In this document: piece after piece, positions 50,270 to 59,338 of the stretch | Layout of the letters: every line of letters begins with the position of its first letter | How positions within the stretch are numbered: position 1 is the stretch's first letter | NCBI GenBank assembly: GCA_009859145.1 | Contig: VRVR01000034.1 | Coordinates: forward strand, 5,305-69,304 | Direction of reading: 5' to 3' | Length of the DNA stretch: 64,000 bases | From: Andalucia godoyi And28 | Taxonomy: Eukaryota; Protista; Jakobida | Translations under genes and position numbers: made by a program | Notes under the pieces: generated by a model | What the model was told of the DNA's origin: nothing | What the model saw: the letters and a program-made list of their open reading frames with translations, nothing else | Database searches by the model: none

Positions 50270-51199
50270 ATGACAAACGTTCTCCGTGACCTGTACAAAA
50301 ACACCAAGCTCATGAAGCTCGTGGCGGGCCAGGTTCCCGTATCGGTATCTTCGACCTCGACGATTGACGAGGCACTTCACCTGATGGCCCAACACCATGT
50401 GTCGTGCTTGCCCGTGGTTGGCACCGACGGCTCGATCTCCGGCCAGATCGACTCTTTGGACATTGTTTCGTACATCTCGAACGTCATCCCTGACGACAAG
50501 GACTTCCAGGCGCATGCAGTTCTGTCTCTCCAGATTGCCGGCAGGGCGATCTCGCTCGTGACGGTTGGCGAAGTGGCCAATGCGTCTGGCCGCGATCCGT
50601 ACATCCCGACCTCCATGGATGCTCATGCTGATCATTTGATCTCGTACTTTGCCGAGGGCCTCCACCGCGCCATGGTGTTCGACCATGCCAACAAGCTCGC
50701 TGGAGTTGTTTCGCAAATGACGCTCGCTGCTGAACTCGCAAATGCGCTGCCGCACATGGGGTCGCTGAAGAACATTGCGCATCGCAAGCTCCATGATCTC
50801 TATCTCGATGAAAACGGTCCGGTCACAACACTGGTTGCGTCAACACGTGTTTTCGAGGCAATTCGCTTTATGAGCAAAACAGCCCTCTCTGCAATCGCCA
50901 TTGTGGATGAACAGACGGGAAAACTGATCGGCAACTTTTCTGCAGTGGATATCGAGGGACTCTACAAGGACTCGTACCCGAAGTTGACCCAGACCCTTCG
51001 CGAATTCCTCAGCGAGCACTCCCAGGCTTCGATGAACCCCATCACGGTCACAAAGGATGCAGAGCTCGTCACGGCCGTCAAATCCATGGTCGACAACAAG
51101 GTCCACAGGCTCTGGATTGTCGATGCCAACGCCAAACCTGTCGCTGTATTCAGTCTGACTGACCTTTTCCGATTGGCCCAACTTCCAGAACTGCTCTAA
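50270..51199 (+). CDS. Four-CBS-domain protein (SDS23/AMPK-gamma-like)
   Basis: STIDEALHLMAQHHVSCLPVV, EGLHRAMV, LSAIAIVDEQTGKLIGNFSAVDI, MVDNKVHRLWIVD...VFSLTDL. Confidence 0.88.
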   Translation: MTNVLRDLYKNTKLMKLVAGQVPVSVSSTSTIDEALHLMAQHHVSCLPVVGTDGSISGQIDSLDIVSYISNVIPDDKDFQAHAVLSLQIAGRAISLVTVGEVANASGRDPYIPTSMDAHADHLISYFAEGLHRAMVFDHANKLAGVVSQMTLAAELANALPHMGSLKNIAHRKLHDLYLDENGPVTTLVASTRVFEAIRFMSKTALSAIAIVDEQTGKLIGNFSAVDIEGLYKDSYPKLTQTLREFLSEHSQASMNPITVTKDAELVTAVKSMVDNKVHRLWIVDANAKPVAVFSLTDLFRLAQLPELL

Positions 51200-51628
51200 C
51201 CACAGTCTCTTTATGTCTGATTGGTCGTTGTTACCGTTGGTGTTGGTGTTTGCTTGTCTGTTGGTTGGTTGGTTGGGTGATTGGTTGGTTTGTATACGAA
51301 AGAGTAGACGCTGCTATAAAAACTGAAAATCTGTTGGCTCAGACGAGACACTGCATCCAAGTTCTGTAAATTGACGAATACTCTTTTTTTTCTTTTCTGT
51401 TTTCTTTGCAGTCCTCTTTTTCCGTTCTCTTTTTCAGTTTTGGGTTCTTCGGTTTTCTCGAATTCGGCTTTTCACTCGTCGATTTGTTACCTTTGCTTTT
51501 TTCGTTTTGTCGTAATCCTCCTCTTTCTTCACTTCGTTTTCAGCGTCAGAGGCAACCCACACTCCAGACGAATCGACCGATAGAATTGGACCCATACACT
51601 CGATTGACCGTGGGAGAAAACAAAAGAA

Positions 51629-54600
51629 ATGAGTGTTTCGCAAGAGGACTTTTTCCGAGTTCAGACTGAAAATCTGAATCTCAAACAGCAGAAATACGAA
51701 CTGGATTCACAGGTCAAGAAACTCGCGGGAGAATGCGACCATCTAAAGAAGCAGATGGTGGAGCGTGATAAGGTGATCGCGAAACACGAAATTGTAATAT
51801 CCAAGAGCAAGGAAAAGCGAGAATTCCAAGTTTTGATGGACGAAAATAACAGACTGAAACGCGAAATGGATAATTCTCAGGATGAGCGATCGGAGCAAAC
51901 TCGAGCGTTGACTGGACAAATTCGTGCTCTATACGAAGAGAATCAAAAGCTTCGTGAAGATCAGCAGAAACAGGCGAAATCTGCAGTTGCAGTCTCAGTC
52001 GCAACCCCCGTCGCAGCCCCTGTTCCTGTTGCTGTTGCTGCTGGTTCGGTACAGTCGCAGTCGCAGTCGCAGTCGCACTCTGGAGCAGATGGAAAAGTTG
52101 TCGAGGATCTGAAAACAAAGATTGCAGCCTATGAACATCAGGTACTGGAGATGCGTTCGCAAATGATGAGCTTGCAGTCGCAGCTCAAGTCTTTCCAAGA
52201 AGAGACAACAAAGAAAACATCGGAGCTGGAGTCGGAAAGACTGCGTTCGCGCGAGCTGCAGGAAAAGGTTTCAAGGTACGCCGAGGAACTGAAGAAGGTT
52301 CAAGAAGAAAAGTCGTCGATTCACCGCACTTCGTCGGATTTCTCCAAAAAACTTGAGGACGAGCAGGCCAAGAATCGCCAGGATCTGATCCGAATCACGC
52401 GCGAGAAGAACAAGGTGATCAAGGAACTGGAAGAATCCGTTTCGGCACTCCAAGCAGAAAAGTCCTCGCTGACTCTCGAAAAGCAAGAGTTGCAACGCGA
52501 GTCGGAGAAGTTCACAAAATTAAAGGCCGATTATGACGAACTGGACAGACAATATCGCAAGTTCGTGGACGATGTTCAGCAAAAGCAGCGGTCAATCTCG
52601 GGTTCGCAGAGTTCGCACAACATTGCTGCGAAACCCGTCGCAAATTCTGCACCACCGCCCCTGTCTGTAGAGGATGATCCATTCGGATTCTACGGCACTG
52701 ATGTTCCAGATGTGGCGAATGCCTCGCTTCCATCAGACGATCCATTCGGAGACGCTCCATCACCAGCGTCTGCTTCGGCATCCACGGCGGAGGCAGCAGC
52801 AGTCGATGACGGAATGTCTGCGCTACTGCAAGCCGAAATCGATCGCATGCGCGCGAAGATTGACGATTTGGAAAGCCAAGTTGCTTCGATGCAGGAAAAG
52901 GAAAACGACCTCCTGCGAAAGGTGAACGAGGCAACGCTGGCTGCCGGATCTGCGTCATCGTTGGCCAATCACCGCAATGCGCAAATTGTCACGCTCGAGG
53001 AAGAGAACAGATCCCTCGAGTCTCAGATTGGATCCCTTCGTGCCGAGTCTCAAGAGCGTCTGCAAGCGAGTTCGAAACTCTCTGACGAGCTTGCAACGGC
53101 GCATCGTACTGTTCTTGAATCGGAGGCTTCCCTGGCTGCAGCACAAGAAAGAGTGGTTGCAGTGGAATCAACTGCCCAGCAATCTGTGAAGAAAGCAAAT
53201 GATCGAATTCAGGAACTGGAAGGCGAGCATGCAAAGCTGCAGGCCTCCGTCGATGATTTACGTGCAAAGCTTCTGAAGGCGGAAAAGGAGCATGCTGAAA
53301 TGGCTGCCGATAACACGAAACTTCGTGATGCTGTCGCCGAGTTGGAGCGAAAGTCCGAAGAGGATCGTTTGCTTGCGAATCAGCGGTCAGAAAAGAGAAC
53401 GAAGAAAATCATTGAGCTCGAGGAAAAGACAAGGATCTATGAGGATCAGTTGGAAAAGGTTGCAAAAGAGAATGAGAATCTTACTCAGGAATTAAACATG
53501 CGACACGAAACGATTGCGGGACTGGAGCGAGAGATCAGCTCGTCGTCGACCAAGTTGTCGAAGTCGGAAGCGCAAGTGGCAGATTTGTTCAGCGAGCTTA
53601 GTGAATCCAAGGTTTCTTTGCAAAAAATTGAAGGAGAGGTCGCTTCGCTGCGAAGAAAAGTGCTGGATCAGGAATCGCTGGTGAGATCCAAGGAAGCGGA
53701 GGTGCACCGTGCGCACGAGGAAATTGCTGCCCAGAAGCGCAAAGTGGCAGACCATGAGGGAGCTGTGCACCGCAAGGATGCGGAGCTTTCCAAAGTCAAT
53801 GAAGAACTCAAGCAGTCTATGTCGTCAATTCGAGAATTGCATTCCCAGATTGCAGAGAAGGATGCCGATATGCAAAAACTGATGAATGAGGTCTCTGAGT
53901 TGACCGTTGATCTGAATGCAGCCCGCAAGGAATGCCTTGTTTATAAGGACGAAATTGCAAGCAACCAGTCCATGATTATGGAGCTGACTGGAGAATTGTC
54001 CAGGGTGAAAACCGAGTTTGCGGAAGAAAGTGAAGAATGGAAGGGTGAAAAGGCAACATTGGAAGAGGAGATCGCTACTGTCTCCAGTGATCTGCGACAT
54101 TTACGAAAAACCCTGGAATCAGAAGAGAAGCGGTTCGCCGAGGACGAGGCGAAACTACGAGCAGAAGTTGCGCATAGAAGAGAAAATGAAAATCGTCTTG
54201 GTATGCAGTTGGCTGACGAAGAAGCAATGCATATGGAAACGAGACGTACTCTGGAGGCTCATGCTGCAGAGCTGACTAGGAAACACGAAAAGCAGGCCTT
54301 GCACTGGGCAGCAAAGGAAGCCGATATTTTGGGGCAGCTGGATGCAAAGACGATTTCGTTTGACGAGCTTCATGAGTTGCACGAGTCTCATGCAGAGGAG
54401 TGGAAGGTCGCCAAGTCGCAGCTTGAAGCTGCCATCTCAGACCTGACGTCTCGCCTGCAGTCCCTTCATGGACAGTTTGATGTGCTGACGAATGCTCATG
54501 CTGCTCTGACTGTCGTTTCTAATGGGCAAGCCGTTGAGATTGCCCGTCTCAATGGAGTTGTGGCGTCTCTTGAAAAAGAGATCGCTGAATGCAAGCAACA

Positions 54601-55378
54601 AATTTGCGATCTTGAGCAACTTGTGAAAGAGCTCGAGTCTCGCATTGATGAAACGGAGATCTCGCATATTTCGCTGTTCTCGAAAGCTGCAGTACACGTC
54701 TCTGCTTTCCAGCTGGAGATCGAAAACTCGGCGGGTTTGGCCTCTGAATTGGACTCGGTTCGTCAGGAACTTGAGAACGCCGTGAATGATCGTGGCGATA
54801 TGGAAAGCAAATTGCGGCTGCAAGAAAAGAAGTACATGAACGTGGTGAAGGACCTCAAGTCTCAGCTGCAGCATTCTGCTCGACGATCGATGGACATGAG
54901 CGCAGACTCTGCTCCTGGTTCTCCCTCCACCCCTGGTACTCCACGCGGAGGGACGCCAAGTTCGTCGTCCTCTGGCATTGCTGCAATGGCGACAAAGTCC
55001 GATCCAAAGTCTCTGGAACACAAGCTCAAGCAATTGAATCATCAAATTTCCGAACTCAAAGCAGACAATGAGCGAAAAGAGGAAATTATCTCCAAGCACA
55101 TTCTCAAGACTGGCGAAGAGTTGCCAAAGGCTCCTGCTCCCCACAAGAGTCCTCTCGGGAACGTACTGTCGTTCATGCATCGCAGCAAGCCGCAGACCAA
55201 GGAGAAGGAGATCCAACAAAAAGCCATGTCCGCTCTTGAAGAAACCCTGTTGCGAAACATGCATCTCGAATCCGATGTGAAGATCCTTGGAGATGAGATT
55301 GAGCGATTGATGAAGGAGAATGAAGATTTCAAACGCCAAATTTCTCGTCTTGCAAGAACGTCGGCGCAAAAGACGTAA
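51629..55378 (+). CDS. Long coiled-coil protein, GRIPAP1/GRASP-1-like
   Basis: The N-terminus VSQEDFFRVQTENLNLKQQKYEL and C-terminus ALEETLLRNMHLESDVKILGDEIERL resemble the conserved GRIPAP1 termini (recalled, not searched); the rest is heptad coiled coil. Confidence 0.7.
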   Translation: MSVSQEDFFRVQTENLNLKQQKYELDSQVKKLAGECDHLKKQMVERDKVIAKHEIVISKSKEKREFQVLMDENNRLKREMDNSQDERSEQTRALTGQIRALYEENQKLREDQQKQAKSAVAVSVATPVAAPVPVAVAAGSVQSQSQSQSHSGADGKVVEDLKTKIAAYEHQVLEMRSQMMSLQSQLKSFQEETTKKTSELESERLRSRELQEKVSRYAEELKKVQEEKSSIHRTSSDFSKKLEDEQAKNRQDLIRITREKNKVIKELEESVSALQAEKSSLTLEKQELQRESEKFTKLKADYDELDRQYRKFVDDVQQKQRSISGSQSSHNIAAKPVANSAPPPLSVEDDPFGFYGTDVPDVANASLPSDDPFGDAPSPASASASTAEAAAVDDGMSALLQAEIDRMRAKIDDLESQVASMQEKENDLLRKVNEATLAAGSASSLANHRNAQIVTLEEENRSLESQIGSLRAESQERLQASSKLSDELATAHRTVLESEASLAAAQERVVAVESTAQQSVKKANDRIQELEGEHAKLQASVDDLRAKLLKAEKEHAEMAADNTKLRDAVAELERKSEEDRLLANQRSEKRTKKIIELEEKTRIYEDQLEKVAKENENLTQELNMRHETIAGLEREISSSSTKLSKSEAQVADLFSELSESKVSLQKIEGEVASLRRKVLDQESLVRSKEAEVHRAHEEIAAQKRKVADHEGAVHRKDAELSKVNEELKQSMSSIRELHSQIAEKDADMQKLMNEVSELTVDLNAARKECLVYKDEIASNQSMIMELTGELSRVKTEFAEESEEWKGEKATLEEEIATVSSDLRHLRKTLESEEKRFAEDEAKLRAEVAHRRENENRLGMQLADEEAMHMETRRTLEAHAAELTRKHEKQALHWAAKEADILGQLDAKTISFDELHELHESHAEEWKVAKSQLEAAISDLTSRLQSLHGQFDVLTNAHAALTVVSNGQAVEIARLNGVVASLEKEIAECKQQICDLEQLVKELESRIDETEISHISLFSKAAVHVSAFQLEIENSAGLASELDSVRQELENAVNDRGDMESKLRLQEKKYMNVVKDLKSQLQHSARRSMDMSADSAPGSPSTPGTPRGGTPSSSSSGIAAMATKSDPKSLEHKLKQLNHQISELKADNERKEEIISKHILKTGEELPKAPAPHKSPLGNVLSFMHRSKPQTKEKEIQQKAMSALEETLLRNMHLESDVKILGDEIERLMKENEDFKRQISRLARTSAQKT

Positions 55379-55644
55379 GGCACTTTCGTCAATGAAGACG
55401 GCATCTTTTGTGGACTGGAGTGTATATCATATCATTTATCATTATTATTATTATTATTGTTGTTGTTGTTTGTTTGTTTGTTATTATTGTTGATTTGCTT
55501 GGGGTATGTGGGTATGTTGGTTTTCGCTCATGGGATCCTTCTCTTTCCATGTCCATTTTGCGCATTTTTTGCGAGGTAGAGCAAGCAGCTGTGTGCTTGT
55601 TGATACTTCGCAGATAGCAGACGTGCTGGGATGATAATTTATTC

Positions 55645-56568
55645 TCACGTAAAATGCAGATTGTTCTTGTTGAAAATGGCCAGAATGTACATGAAATCAT
55701 CTTGATCCATCTTCGATGATCTCTTCTCGGCGAAACCGTGCTCTTCCAACAAGCCAATCACCTTGGTCTTCATGTCCAGTTCCTCGCTGGATGCCGAGCA
55801 GGGAGTGCTGCTTGCAGCACAAAAGGTTCGGTAATTCGTCTCCAGCATTTCAATCACCTCTTTCGACTTGAAAATCGCAGCAAGTGTCTTGTTTTTTCTC
55901 GAGAAGCAGAGTCTGACGAGACCGTCCCATTCAATGAAATTCACCGGGGGCGCAGGGCTGTACGGCTCCAGCTTGACAACCGACGAGTCGACCTTTGGTG
56001 GTGGTCGGAAGTTTGCTTTTGAGATCTTCATGACGTGCGAACATCTTGCCAGTAATTGCGAGTTCACCGCAAGTCGGCAATACAGTGGATCATTTGGTTT
56101 TGCGACAATTCTCATCGCAAACTCGTGCTGGAACATCAGCACTGCCGATCGGAAAGTCGGTCGATGCGACAGCAGTTTGAACGTAATTGCCGATGAAATC
56201 TGGTACGGGATGTTCGCAACACATACATCAAAGTACGGGAAGTCGCACTTCAGGACATCCGAATGAATGATCTCGAGTTTCGTGTACAAATGCGGAATCG
56301 CCTGAATACGCTTTGTGAGCTCCACAACCATTCGCGGATCAACTTCGACGACAACCACCTTTTTTGCAGCTTCCAGCAACTTCACCGTGAGATTTCCCGT
56401 TCCCGGTCCAATTTCAAGAACCGTATCCGTTGGCATGATGTCCGCCTTTTGCACAATCGTCGTTACAATCGCCGGATTCTTCAGTAGATGCTGTCCAAGT
56501 GATTTGTCCATGGAAAACGCCGCCGCCTCTGACTTGTTCGGCTTCGACCGCTCTCGACGCGCCGCCAT
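55645..56568 (-). CDS. DIM1: 18S rRNA m6,2A dimethyltransferase Dim1
   Basis: GQHLLKNP, VLEIGPGTGNLT, CVANIPYQISS, LMFQHEFAMR, YCRLAVN, NFRPPPKVDSSVV, FSRKNKTL. Confidence 0.97.
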   Translation of the reverse strand: MAARRERSKPNKSEAAAFSMDKSLGQHLLKNPAIVTTIVQKADIMPTDTVLEIGPGTGNLTVKLLEAAKKVVVVEVDPRMVVELTKRIQAIPHLYTKLEIIHSDVLKCDFPYFDVCVANIPYQISSAITFKLLSHRPTFRSAVLMFQHEFAMRIVAKPNDPLYCRLAVNSQLLARCSHVMKISKANFRPPPKVDSSVVKLEPYSPAPPVNFIEWDGLVRLCFSRKNKTLAAIFKSKEVIEMLETNYRTFCAASSTPCSASSEELDMKTKVIGLLEEHGFAEKRSSKMDQDDFMYILAIFNKNNLHFT

Positions 56569-56830
56569 TTATTCTTCAATCAGCCACTACTACTACTACT
56601 ACTTATTATTATTATTATTATTATTATTATGTATTTGCGCGTATTTCTGTGCAACGAAAACGGAAATCTAATGTGGGCGTGACGAAAAGCCAACGGAGGG
56701 AAAGGACAGTTTCGCTCTTTTCAACGCCAGAATCGGAAAAGGAGCGGAGCCCGGCTGCCGGCTGTAGAAGAGAGTCTCTCCACGAGCTTACAGTCCGCAC
56801 GTCTGTTTCATCTTTTCCTGTCTGCACGCA

Positions 56831-56877
56831 TCAGTCTTCAGTCTTCAGTCTTCAGTCTTCAGTCTTCAGTCTTCAGT
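56831..56877. repeat. (TCAGTCT)n heptamer repeat, 6 full units plus one partial
   Basis: Direct. It differs by one base from the reverse complement of the TGGAGAC array. Confidence 0.92.
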
Positions 56878-56945
56878 GTTTTGGGAGTACCATTGTTCGC
56901 ACAGTTTGGGATTGTCGAGTGTCGGTACGAGGGGTAGTGGATGAG

Positions 56946-59279
56946 ATGTACAGGATTCAGTACTTTGTGCATGTGAACGAGGCTGTGTTGCCGATGGAAG
57001 CCAGCTTCGACAATATGACCGACGAAGATATCACGTCGACTCTTCGTGCTTCGCAGGCGTTCTTCGAGTACGGACTAGGGTATCCGTTCCGCGTGGTGTG
57101 GCTGGACGAAAGACACCGCTCCATCAAGGGAAGCATCCAAGGTGCTGCAGAGTACGTCAAGCACTTTTTTCAAACACAGCTGCAAGGTGTCTCTTATTCT
57201 CGGTCGCGGTCGTCGAGAAAGGCCAATGCTGCGCCGTTGGAGCTCCACGTTCTTGCCACTACTCTTTCACAGCATCCCGTTGAATCAGACTCTCCTGCAG
57301 ACGGCCCGGTCGTCGCAGATAGCCCTCTTCCCGAGTATTCCTCGTCCTCGGCATTGCAGCTGGCATTGCCGCCACACAAGGCTGCTGCTTTGGAAGACCC
57401 GGTGCCGCAGACTCTTTCCAGCCTGTCCATTGCAGCGGCAGCTCCACAGACTACGCTACCCGATGCTTCAGCCTCCTCTGCTCGGCGCCCGAACGAACCG
57501 CTTATTACTCCAAGAACAGCCGAAAGCAGTCACATCTTGGCCAGTTCGACCCTGGTATCCACGACTCTTCCTGCTGCATCGGCGTCGAATGATCCCGCTC
57601 TTTCATTAGATGCATCGGCAGTCTCCAGTTCTGGATCTTCAAAGCTTCGAATCGCTCTTCCCGCTTCGTCTGCTGCTCGTGCTCGTGCTCGTGCTCCTTT
57701 GTCTATGGAGTGCGCGAACGAGGCCGTCCACGTGACTGCGCCAAAGTCTGTGCTAACAGGCTTGACGAAACCTGCCGACTCGGAGTTGCTCGCCTCGCCG
57801 GTCTCCTCTATCCCTATCGCCCAGTCCTCTGCTGCTACGACTGTGACGGCGACGGTAGAGAGCTCCAGTGCCTCCGCCATTGAATTGAGTCCTCCAAAAC
57901 ATTCCCAAGGCACCACGCGGGCCGTCCTTGTTCCTCCTTCTCTGCCACACGCCTCTTCTTCTTCTCTACCTGCCACTGCTCTTGCTCCAGTTGCTTTTCC
58001 TGTTGTCGTTCCTGTTACTGCTCTTGCGAACGTAGTATCACATGCGAGTGGATTGACGTCCTCTGTGTCCTCGGAGGTAGCGAACTCGGGAATCGATATC
58101 AGTAGCAAACCCATTCGCAAGCGTTCGTCTACTTCTCCTGCAAAAGAGCGCGTTTTGCCAAACAGAGCAAAGCGTTCTTATTACGGTAACCCGCTCAAGC
58201 AGAGAGATGACTATGCTTCGGATGCAGAGCACGATGATGTACAGGAGATGCAGTCCGGTAGCCCTCCGACACTGTCGAGCTCCACGAATACGGACACCCC
58301 CACTCAAGAATCGCTTCCAGAACACGCGATTGCAAAAAAGGAATGGAAGCCGGATGCGAATCGAGAAGAACGCGCTTCCACCACAGTTCCGTCAAATCTC
58401 GTCGTCCCCGCTGTTTCAAAGACTCTTACGATTCCTTCCAAATCATTTATTGGATTAGTCTCTGCGAGCCCTGCGGCGCAGCACGACGCTCGTAAGCAGC
58501 TATCGGATAGGCCGCTCTCCGGAGCTTCATCGGCCGGCGATCATGTTGCCATGCGGGAAGCACCCTTGGTGTCCAGTACCAATGTCGCTTCCAAATCCGC
58601 GGATTCCCATTCCGTTAATGCTGTCCAGAAGCATCTCGTGCCTCATGACAGCAAGTCCGATAACCATCCTGGGAACGATAAAGAAGTTGAAGACGACGCC
58701 GATGATGATGATGATGACGACGACGAAAAGGACGGTTCGAATGCTCAGTATGACAAACACGGAACGCCACCAGGCTGTCTTCAGGTTTTCGATGAAATGG
58801 GGTGGGTGCCGACGATGAGTGAGTCGCAGACTGCAATCTATCAGAGGCTAACGGGTCTGCATAATCCGTCAATCGGACTGATCGTCTGCTCAAAATGCCA
58901 CAAACCCCGGATGTGGCTTACATCGTACACGAATATATTGTCGGGCGACAGTCCTTACAGAAAATCCCCAATCTTCTACAAGGGATATGTGTGTGGCATG
59001 CAAATGGACGAAAATCGCAACAAATGGGGTGGCATGGTCGCCATCGAACCCGTGGAGAACTGTGACTCCATAATCCACCAGAGAGTTTTTGGATCGACGT
59101 TGTCGACCCGGTTCCGTCTTTCCTCACGGTGCATGAGCTGCAATCGAAGCGATCTGAGTTTCGATTCCTACCATTTTCAAGACCTGCTCCAGAAACGCGG
59201 AAATGGACAGTCGCTGTTCTTCTTTTGCAAGAACTGTGCGCCGCGATTCGTTAAGCCCGAACTCATTCCAAAACGATGA
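56946..59279 (+). CDS. Hypothetical protein, long Ser/Ala/Pro-rich middle, C-terminal Cys/His-rich (Zn-finger-like) region
   Basis: 777-aa ORF from MYRIQYF. The C-terminus has CSKCHKPR...YVCG...ENC and CMSC...H...CKNC. Family not recognised. Confidence 0.7.
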   Translation: MYRIQYFVHVNEAVLPMEASFDNMTDEDITSTLRASQAFFEYGLGYPFRVVWLDERHRSIKGSIQGAAEYVKHFFQTQLQGVSYSRSRSSRKANAAPLELHVLATTLSQHPVESDSPADGPVVADSPLPEYSSSSALQLALPPHKAAALEDPVPQTLSSLSIAAAAPQTTLPDASASSARRPNEPLITPRTAESSHILASSTLVSTTLPAASASNDPALSLDASAVSSSGSSKLRIALPASSAARARARAPLSMECANEAVHVTAPKSVLTGLTKPADSELLASPVSSIPIAQSSAATTVTATVESSSASAIELSPPKHSQGTTRAVLVPPSLPHASSSSLPATALAPVAFPVVVPVTALANVVSHASGLTSSVSSEVANSGIDISSKPIRKRSSTSPAKERVLPNRAKRSYYGNPLKQRDDYASDAEHDDVQEMQSGSPPTLSSSTNTDTPTQESLPEHAIAKKEWKPDANREERASTTVPSNLVVPAVSKTLTIPSKSFIGLVSASPAAQHDARKQLSDRPLSGASSAGDHVAMREAPLVSSTNVASKSADSHSVNAVQKHLVPHDSKSDNHPGNDKEVEDDADDDDDDDDEKDGSNAQYDKHGTPPGCLQVFDEMGWVPTMSESQTAIYQRLTGLHNPSIGLIVCSKCHKPRMWLTSYTNILSGDSPYRKSPIFYKGYVCGMQMDENRNKWGGMVAIEPVENCDSIIHQRVFGSTLSTRFRLSSRCMSCNRSDLSFDSYHFQDLLQKRGNGQSLFFFCKNCAPRFVKPELIPKR

Positions 59280-59338
59280 TAAAAGAGGAAAGGTTTCAAG
59301 AAGGCAGTTACGGACGGGGTGGGTTTGGGGAGTAGAAT

